DNA from: Craspedostauros australis
Taxonomy: Eukaryota
NCBI GenBank assembly: GCA_030167865.1
Contig: JALAGF010005593.1
Span: forward strand, 46,500 to 66,499
Reading direction: 5' to 3'
Length of the DNA stretch: 20,000 nucleotides
The notes below the pieces were generated by a model. The model was not told the DNA's origin, ran no database searches, and was given only the letters and a program-made list of their open reading frames with translations. Shown here in pieces: positions 1-7,838 of this stretch. The position numbers and the translations under genes are program-made. Positions within the stretch are counted from its first letter, which is position 1, and each line of letters starts with the position of its first letter.

Positions 1-1
1 G

Positions 2-2029
2 ATACGGGTTTCTCGCCTTGCCGCTGCCGCTGCTTCCCTTGGTTGTGGGCGTGGAAGTGGCGATGGTTTGAGATCTGGTGAGACGAGAAGTAGGTGCGCC
101 GTCTCTGCTGCTGGTACTGCCGCTACTTTTGCGTTGGTATGGATTGGAATGTGATCGTGACAGCGGCCTTGCATTCGTTCTCATTTTCGACGTGAATGCG
201 GCGGATGGCGAAGGCGGGGCTGCCGATAATCCCAAGGGTGTTGCTTCTGGTGTTCCTGACAGTGACGATGTCAAACGTGGTTGTTGCGTGCGTGCAACGA
301 CTGCCGTCATTGTGGTGGAGGAAGTGCCGGAGGCCGAGAAGGATTGGGAAGCAGGATGGCTGGCAGTTGAATTTGCGGTTGAACTGATGACGCGCGCAGA
401 GGATGCTGCCGATGAAACTGGAGTTGGCGTTGCGCTGGCTTGCGTTGATGCGTTCCTGTTCGCGTATGGGTTGCTGGGAAATGAAGAACGCTTGGACTCC
501 GCGGATGTTGCCGTTGCGCTTGGAGACTGTTTGGTGTTTCGAAGGACAGCAGCAGCCGTAGCGAACGCTGTCCCTGCTGTGATGGATTCGGTGGGAACCT
601 GAGACCGAACTGGGCTGGATTGATGCCTTGTCGTAGAGTAAGTGTTGGCTCTCCGATACGAGTTGGAAATGTTGGAAGCATGGTTGGCATTGCTGCTGAT
701 GGTGTCCTGAGGCGAATCCTCCGTCATGTCAATGACCATTTGATCGGCTGAGCTTCCACGAACAGCCGAAGCCACGTTCGGAGTCACATGCGTATTCACC
801 CTCAGACTTGCACGTGCGTTGTTTGTGACAGAGCGCGATCTAGCAGGAGGCGGTATATGTCCGTTCCCATTCCCATTCCCACGCATGTGCACATTGCCAG
901 ATGTACGTGCTGCTGCAGGGGTTGCGCTTATTCTGGTCAAAATGCCACCTTGCCGCTGGGACAGTGCTTGCCGCTGCGAGGCCACATCACCAGATTCCAC
1001 TTCGGCCTCGTCTTCATCGTCCTCTCCATTGGTCATCCCATCTCCATCCATGTTGTGAATGTTGGCATTGGGACCAACGAGTGCTCGCAGTGTCGCGTCC
1101 ACCCCAATCCCGCGCTGCGTGTGAGCCTCTTGGTAGGACCGCTGCTGGTGGAGCACCAAAGCTGGGACCTGGCCACCCAGCACAATGGCATTGCCGCCGT
1201 GAAGCATGAGGATACCATGTCGGACATCGATGGGACCCTTGAGGATGATCTTCAAGCCAGCTTTCGAATGGACCGTTAGTTTGGGAATGGGTTGTGATTC
1301 CGTGCCAATCAAATGTTGGTTGTTGCTGTCATGGAATATGCTTGAGGATTGCTGTGCATTCGTTGTTGTCGGAAGCGCACCGTCGCACAGGAAGAGCTTG
1401 CAGCATCTCTTGTGAGGTTGCTGTCTGTTGCCATACCTGCGTTGCTGCTGCTGCTGTCGTTGCTGCTGTTGTTGCTGTTGATATGGCGTATTCCCATTCC
1501 GAGGTGAGGTCGCAGCGACTCCGTTGGGCATGATCTTTGCCAGCCGCGTGTCTGCATTGCAGCTCATGTCCACCAGCTCTTCCATCTGCACCAGAAGGCG
1601 GAAATTGGCATCGAGCTTGGATTTGAAGTTGGCTGACTGCTGCTTCGATTGCTGCATGGCTTGTCGCAATCGTCTGCTGGCCTGTCCAATGCGAATGTTG
1701 TTGCTGTTCCCGATGCCATCGAGATCCATGGCAGCGACGCGGTCAGCCCTGGAACGCACGACATCCCGCAGATCAGAGTGCAGGATGTGCTTCAGGACAT
1801 CGTCGGCCGAGGCTGACCTGCCATCCAGGTGCTGCGGCCGCCTCCGTGTTTGCATGCGACCGTGCTGCGGTTGCTGCTGTTGACAAGCCTCCAGCCAGTC
1901 TGCGGATGGGCACACGCCCACGCTTTCCTGCAGTCTCTGTTGCAGCTGCATGACAGCATGAGACTGTGCTTGCGTTTGGCCTTGTGCTTGATGTGAGTAG
2001 TCATGTTGGTACGAAGAGGAGGTTGGCAT
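2..2029 (-). CDS. RMI1: RecQ-mediated genome instability protein 1 (RMI1; N-terminal helical/DUF1767 region + OB-fold, then long disordered tail); 3' partial, runs off window start
   Basis: Manual translation from ATG at 2029 (in-frame TAG upstream at 2071-2069) is open to the window edge, 676 codons, which is why the ORF track omits it. Motifs GVCPSADWLEAC, VLKHILHSDLRDVV, FRLLVQMEELVDMS, KRCCKLFLCDG and LIGTESQPIPKLTVHSKAGLKIILKGPIDVRHGILMLHGGNAIVLGGQVPAL match the RMI1_N family pattern from memory. TDRD3 shares this domain, but no UBA/Tudor domain is visible. Confidence 0.85.
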   Translation of the reverse strand, partial: MPTSSSYQHDYSHQAQGQTQAQSHAVMQLQQRLQESVGVCPSADWLEACQQQQPQHGRMQTRRRPQHLDGRSASADDVLKHILHSDLRDVVRSRADRVAAMDLDGIGNSNNIRIGQASRRLRQAMQQSKQQSANFKSKLDANFRLLVQMEELVDMSCNADTRLAKIMPNGVAATSPRNGNTPYQQQQQQQRQQQQQRRYGNRQQPHKRCCKLFLCDGALPTTTNAQQSSSIFHDSNNQHLIGTESQPIPKLTVHSKAGLKIILKGPIDVRHGILMLHGGNAIVLGGQVPALVLHQQRSYQEAHTQRGIGVDATLRALVGPNANIHNMDGDGMTNGEDDEDEAEVESGDVASQRQALSQRQGGILTRISATPAAARTSGNVHMRGNGNGNGHIPPPARSRSVTNNARASLRVNTHVTPNVASAVRGSSADQMVIDMTEDSPQDTISSNANHASNISNSYRRANTYSTTRHQSSPVRSQVPTESITAGTAFATAAAVLRNTKQSPSATATSAESKRSSFPSNPYANRNASTQASATPTPVSSAASSARVISSTANSTASHPASQSFSASGTSSTTMTAVVARTQQPRLTSSLSGTPEATPLGLSAAPPSPSAAFTSKMRTNARPLSRSHSNPYQRKSSGSTSSRDGAPTSRLTRSQTIATSTPTTKGSSGSGKARNPY

Positions 2030-2858
2030 CGTTGTGTGGTGTTGTCTTGCTTCGTGTTGTTTGGTATTCTACATACAGTCCGCAGTACTTCTGTTGGATG
2101 TTTCTTCCTTGCCTCCCTTCTGATTCTTGGTTGAACAAGGGTATCAATGCTGTTGGTTCTGTTGGTTCTGTTGGTTCTGTTGATTCTGTTGGTGTCACTC
2201 CTCGTGCTGGCACGATCTTCTGATCTTGTTGTCCCAGAATGATGTTTGAGGAAGTGTTGGCGTGTTGTTGGAGGGAAACCCTGGGTGTTGTTTCCCCTTG
2301 CGTTGGGTTGTCGTTTTTTTGCCTCTCTTGGTTTCGGCGCGTTGTTTTGGTGGTTTTGCTTTTGTTGCCCGCAGTATCGCGTGGTTTGTGGGCGGTGTTG
2401 TGTGTGTTGGCGTGTTGGTTCTGACCTGCTTTTGTCGTGTTTCGATTGTTGTGTGCGTCTGGGTATCTCGCGTTGCACCGTGTTGTTCCACACGATCCTC
2501 GTGTTGTTTGCGCGCTTTTTCGAAGAAGCTCGTTTTTTCCCTCCACCTCGCGACGACGACTCAGATGACTAACTTTTTCGTTTGGTCGTGGTGCTCGTAC
2601 TTCTTTTCACAGTTTATTATTTATAATAGGTCCATGTACTGGTATTGGATCTCAGACTGGCCTGATTTTTCGCCAGAGATGGCGATGATGTGTCGTTTCG
2701 CCAAAACAGAACGTGCCGCGCGCGATGAGTGACGGAAGAGGCAACCACACAATCCACGATCTTCATCGAACGGAGGCCTCCACCGGCAGTACCATTCCGT
2801 ACTCGCAGCCTGGATCCATCCGCAACTACCCTCTTGAATCTCTACTGCACACACGATT
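2030..2858. promoter_or_regulatory. Divergent promoter / 5'UTR interval between RMI1 and the HAD-like gene
   Basis: Head-to-head genes. About 2030-2530 is strongly G/T-rich on + (A/C-rich on the RMI1 sense strand), and the skew relaxes after about 2600. Specific elements not identified. Confidence 0.5.
2150..2193. repeat. 9-bp tandem repeat (CTGTTGGTT) x~5
   Basis: ctgttggtt ctgttggtt ctgttggtt ctgttgatt ctgttggt read directly; about 120 bp upstream of the RMI1 ATG. Confidence 0.9.
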
Positions 2859-2867
2859 ATGTATACC

Positions 2868-4112
2868 ATGCAATACAGGATTGAGCAGTCGCTGTTGCGG
2901 ACGGCAACAAGAAGGTTTTCGAATGCAGGCAGGACTGCAACGCAAAGACGGCATGGTGGACAGTACGAGGGCAAGTACACATGCGGCGGCTCCGGCGTCC
3001 GTCTTTCCTCAATGCGTTGGGCAGCCTCTCCGAGATCTGCGTCGAAGCGTTGCATCGGGGGAGGGAGGTACAGCAGGATGATGGACATGGGCGGGAGTCC
3101 GTCGGCCGCCACCGACAAGTCCAACACATTCCGTCTCAACAAGGGCAACAAGAACAACAAGCTCAAGGCTGTGGCCTTTGATTTCAGGGTGCTGACCACC
3201 TCGTGGAAGGACGAAGAGACGCAGGGACAAGGGAAGGAGCAGCAGCAGTCGCATGGGAACACTGGCAATCCAAGTGGAACCAGCAATGAGAGCAACGCCA
3301 CGTTGATAACATCAGCATCCATTAAACCGGATGCTGGCATGGTGAACAGCATCGCGTCCCTTCTCAATGTACAGATTGGAAGCCAAGATCCGACGAGCTA
3401 CAACCAAAGAAGCGAAGAGGTCAGCATCAGCAACATTGCGAATACCATCGAGACAGCAAACACACCATCCAAGACAGCCACCGCCACCAGCTCGGCATCG
3501 TCAGCTTCGCCATTGAACCAAGACATCCGCGCCAAGTACGCATCCAAGTTGAAGGGCGGCCTGGCGGGCATCGAACTGGCCAAGTCGCAGGTGGAGGAAA
3601 CGGTGCAGCGTGGTGACGCGGCCGGTCACATGGCAGCGCGCAAGATCGTCGCAGGAACCGCGGCATCGTCATCCACGCCCAAGTGGATGGCACTGTCGGG
3701 AACGGGCAAGCTGCTGGGGTACTTGAGCAACCGATCCATTCACATTGCGCTGTTACCTGGTGATCCGACGTCCGATCAGGTTGATCCGCAGATGCATTAC
3801 TTGAGCAAGCAGATGAAGGACATCGTCATCGATCTGGTGCTGGATGCGGAACAATCCGCGTCACAGACCGTCACGTCCTTGGAAGGGAAGCTACCGAAGG
3901 ACGTTGAGATGAGCCGCGTCATGGTGGTCAGCGATCGCGATGACTACCTGCGCGCGGCGAGAGACGCTGGCATGATCACATGTCGATTGCGCAAGCCTAA
4001 CTCGAGACGTGGCAATATCACGACGCATTATGACGTGGAAGACGTGCCACAAATCCAGGAGGTCATCGATGAGATTGCTGGCATCTCCTTCAACGCAGTG
4101 CTAAATCGGTAA
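2868..4112 (+). CDS. HAD-superfamily-like protein with degenerate catalytic motifs, probable mitochondrial presequence
   Basis: Single ORF; ATG at 2859 or at 2868 (accATG context). KLKAVAFDFRVLT resembles HAD motif I and RVMVVSDRDDYLRAARDAGMITCRL resembles motif IV plus the C-terminal strand. N-terminus is Arg/Ser/Thr-rich and acid-poor (SLLRTATRRFS). Confidence 0.7.
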   Translation: MQYRIEQSLLRTATRRFSNAGRTATQRRHGGQYEGKYTCGGSGVRLSSMRWAASPRSASKRCIGGGRYSRMMDMGGSPSAATDKSNTFRLNKGNKNNKLKAVAFDFRVLTTSWKDEETQGQGKEQQQSHGNTGNPSGTSNESNATLITSASIKPDAGMVNSIASLLNVQIGSQDPTSYNQRSEEVSISNIANTIETANTPSKTATATSSASSASPLNQDIRAKYASKLKGGLAGIELAKSQVEETVQRGDAAGHMAARKIVAGTAASSSTPKWMALSGTGKLLGYLSNRSIHIALLPGDPTSDQVDPQMHYLSKQMKDIVIDLVLDAEQSASQTVTSLEGKLPKDVEMSRVMVVSDRDDYLRAARDAGMITCRLRKPNSRRGNITTHYDVEDVPQIQEVIDEIAGISFNAVLNR

Positions 4113-4279
4113 ACATCAAATGCACCCACTCTCCAGAGAGAAAGAGAGCAAACGTGTAGAGTATGTTCGTTCTTGTTCGTGCTGTCAGATTCGCAGAGAA
4201 CCATGTTAAAGAAGATTGCATGCAGAGGGCGGACTACGACTGTGACGATGTCACATTACTCGTACGTATGCACGCCACG

Positions 4280-5476
4280 TTACTTTTCGTCCATCACCCC
4301 CGAATGTTTTTGCCACCACCTAGTGGAGCACATTTCATGGATGCGACTTGCCGCACGTTGAAAGGCAAACTCAAGCTCGACCACGCTTGCCAGTGCACCG
4401 ATCGGCGCACCACCCTTCGTAGTTGCCACATCCATCCATTGCAGATCTTCATCGTCTGCAGCATCAGCATCGTCCAATCCTGTTTCGGCGCTTCCGAACG
4501 CTTGGAACAGCTTGGTCGGATCCAACGCCGTCGCACCGTCTTTTCTCATCGAGATGTCCGCATCATCCAAGCTGATCATCAGGGCGCATCTCGATTCGTA
4601 CAGTTCATCAATCAACGTGATGAATCGCCTCGCCTCGTTGTGTCGTTCCAACGTCAACGGGATGGGGATATCGGAGATGTGGACGCAAGAGAATTCTCTT
4701 CCAATCGCACGGTAGTCGTTGGCACCCAACTCGTGCTTCGTGCACAGATCATCAAATGTCATTTCGATCATGTTCAGTGATCTGTGGACGATCGGGATGG
4801 TGAGCGCTCGGTTCTGACCGATCGACAGTTCCATCGACGTGGGTTGAATCTGCGTGCTGTTGTTGGCGTTGGCGCTGGCGCATGCGTTTGTGCCTGAATG
4901 GTGAAGCAATGCTTCTACCACCGGGGCCGTGTCTTCCGTTGGCTCCGACATGAAGAACGATTGTGGCAAGTCGACCGTCGCTCTTGGTCCTGACTTTCCA
5001 TGCGGTGCTTCGACAGTGTTGCCCTCATCCGTGATCATGCGATAATCCACATCCGATCCCATCGAATGCACGATGCAATGCCGTTGCAGTAGATCAATGA
5101 ATGGCAGGAAGTAGTTACGATTCAACCCGCCTTCGTACAAATCCTGCGGTGGACGGTTGGACGTCGTCACCACCACGACGCCCTGTTGGAACAGAGTGGA
5201 AAAGAATTGGGACAGAATCATGGCATCCGCAATATCCGTCACCTGGAATTCATCGAGGCAGAGGATCGAAAGCTCTGACGCCACCTGCGATGCCACTCGA
5301 TAGATTGGATTGCTCTGTTGCCGAGTATCGATCTGAAAGCTGCGACCATGCTGCTCCAAATCTTGCTGTTTCAATCGATGGATGCGCTGGTGGATGCTGG
5401 AGAGGAAATTGTGGAAGTGGATGCGTTGGATGCGAGAATTCGCAGGAGCTTCGGAAGTGCTTTTCGATTGATCTTG

Positions 5477-5507
<31 letters not shown>

Positions 5508-6298
5508 TGCGAGACCAGCGTATCATAAAACAAATCCATCAGCATGCTCTTGCCTGTTCCGACATCGCCATGAATATACAATCCACGAGGTGTTTGCAAG
5601 GCTGGCGGTGTGGGTGGTGACGGAAGCTGAGATTGATCCCTCTGTTTCGCTTGTTCTCCTGCCATGTTGTCACTGCCATTGGCAAAGCTGTCTGCGTCTA
5701 CCTCATTGCTCGCAATGAGATCATCTTGCAGTTTGTGATACTGCAAGAGCTGGTCGGCATACTCCACCAGAGGCAAGTTGTCGTACCCCTGCAAGGCTCG
5801 CTGCAGTCGGCTCAATCGCTTGGCCACCCGCATCTGTGCATCATCTCGACGGATCGTCCCCATGGACACCATCTTCTGCATCCGATCGATCACCAATTCG
5901 GTTATTGATGATGATGCTGATGAAGAAGCGGATGCGGATGGTGGCAGATGCCGCGTCTGCTGAGCTTCTATGAGTAATTGACTCGCATTTGCATTGGATG
6001 CTCGCGACGTGCTGCCAATGCGGATGAAACTTGAAAGCAATCGACGTGAGCTCGACCGTGCAGAACAGAGCGCGTGACATGGCATGGTCGTCGGCACTGA
6101 ATGATGTGTGCTGAAACGGGCATGATGGCCTGCGCCATCCCTACCACATCCTCGCTGTGATAATTGAGAACTTCCACGCTTCTGAACGTGCCCCTCACCA
6201 CCGATGGCAGCTCCGATTCCACGCCCTGCCGAAGAGACGATACGCCGCTGTTCGTGCTGCCTCAGCCTCAAAGCGTGAATGGCAATCGAAGACAACAT
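4280..6298 (-). CDS. AFG1: AFG1/LACE1 (ZapE-like) AAA+ ATPase, probably mitochondrial
   Basis: GLYIHGDVGTGKSMLMDLFY (Walker A), RIHFHNF, LCLDEFQVTDIADAMIL (Walker B), TTSNRPPQDLYEGGLNR, FDDLC..LGANDY, NEARRFITLIDELYE and FAFQRAASRIHEM are family signatures. The first true ATG is at 6298; the track start at 6325 is TTG. Confidence 0.93.
5474..5509 (-). repeat. CAG/CAA trinucleotide repeat encoding Q12 inside AFG1
   Basis: (ttg)4(ctg)8 on +; translates as LVS-Q12-DQ just after the Walker A helix. Confidence 0.9.
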
Positions 6299-7838
6299 TG
6301 TTACTTTGTATAACAGCAGTCCCAATGCGCAAGGATTGTCCTTTCGTCAGCTACAGATTACTGTCGTCGCCATCGTCGTCGTCATCGTCGTGGTCTCCGC
6401 GTTCGCCGTGGTGGCGATCCTCGATGCTCTTGTGTTCGTTGACGCCAGCTCATGTTCGTTCATCAAGTTCACATTTGGCGATTTGGATTCGGTTCTCGAC
6501 ATCATCGGAATCTTGGAATGACCACATCGACTGCTTCACCTATTTGTGGTTTCGCTAGTGGAAGACAGTGTTGGGAACCCTCCACATCCCATCATTCCTT
6601 CTTGGAATCGTGTGCATGGGTACAGAGGAGAGCATAGTAGAGAGTGTGTCTCTCCTCTAATCGAAGTGCAGCCTCATCACCGCAGCATCTTGGGCAGAGA
6701 CAGAGTAATGCGAAAGGACATGCGGGTGGATGTTGCTGACATTCAAATCAATCCAATCGTGTCAAAACACGGCCGTGAACTTTGCCTGGTTTGTGACGCC
6801 ATTGCCTTGGGTCCTGAAGAGTAACATCCGCCGGCCCGGTGCATCTGTATCCATCATGCCTCATTTAAGATCGTGGATTCCATGTAGTAACCCTTTTGGG
6901 ATCTGGCCAGAGATCCATGGCTGAGAGCGGAGTAGCACGAAGCAGATGATGAACGTGTGGCGCAACGCGCTCCTTGGGTCACGCAAAGTAAAATAGTGAT
7001 TTGGTTGGTTTAGCTCGTAGTCCCAACAACAAGTATTGTATAATATGTACCAGTGCGCCACCGAGTATTCTAACTCTTCCTGTGCGGTATCTTGCGATAC
7101 AATCGTCCTTGCGTGAAGAGTACACCTGTGACGACTCATCTCCTCTACTCTACTCTGGTTCGTACTCTACTCGTATTGATCTCATGGCTTCTCATCTTGG
7201 ATCTTGCGTGGTGCTTCGAAGGTGATCACGAGATGCGACACGAACCAGTATCGACCGTCTGGCCTTCGCTCCCCGCGTGTTTTATTCGTGGAAAGTGTCA
7301 CAAACCTCATCGAAGCACGATTTGAATTTGGAGATTAACCGTCGCGGCTCCGAGAAAACCGAATCATTTGTCCTCTTCCTTTTCCTTGTGTTCTTTGGTC
7401 GATTTTGTTGACGGCGACGATGCGCACCCTCGTGATCGATGCTCGTCAACCATCAGAACTCCTTTTGTTGGCAGTGTTCGTGGCCGCCCGCCTCCACGTT
7501 TGCTCTGTTCGACGAAGGTGAGGAGATTTCGGGTACGACCGTCGAGGCAGCCACGCCGACTGTGCGGCCAGGTTCGGTTGAGCAGACCCACAGTCCAGCA
7601 ACACTCGTTTGAACACAACGCTCGTCTGATCGCAGCAACATCGCCACCGCTACGATTGCGATTCCAAGTACGATCCATTCCAGAACTACTCATTACTCAT
7701 ATTATATTACTTGCTATTGCACTTGGCACACTCTCGGCGATCCATACACCAAAGATATCACAACATCACACTAAGAGACCACAAGGAGCCACAACTCATC
7801 ACAGAGCGCTACTGCCACACTGGTACAAATAGGCGACG

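Noticed and set aside
78..1883. Several plus-strand ORFs (78-602, 788-1279, 1524-1883 and others)
   Set aside because: Antisense shadows of the minus-strand RMI1 frame.
2660..2710. TTTCGCCA motifs as E2F sites upstream of RMI1
   Set aside because: Do not match the TTTSSCGS consensus exactly; too short to support.
1792..2732. Multiple overlapping 100-230 aa ORFs on both strands
   Set aside because: Produced by the G/T-skewed, stop-poor promoter/UTR sequence; low-complexity translations in all frames.
6750..6865. In-frame TGA codons as selenocysteine or recoded Trp
   Set aside because: No selenoprotein motif or SECIS identified; the PIGA gene in this window uses TGA as a normal stop.
7364..7832. 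ORFs 7364-7693 (-) and 7368-7832 (+)
   Set aside because: No recognisable motifs; they lie in the presumed arrestin promoter/leader.
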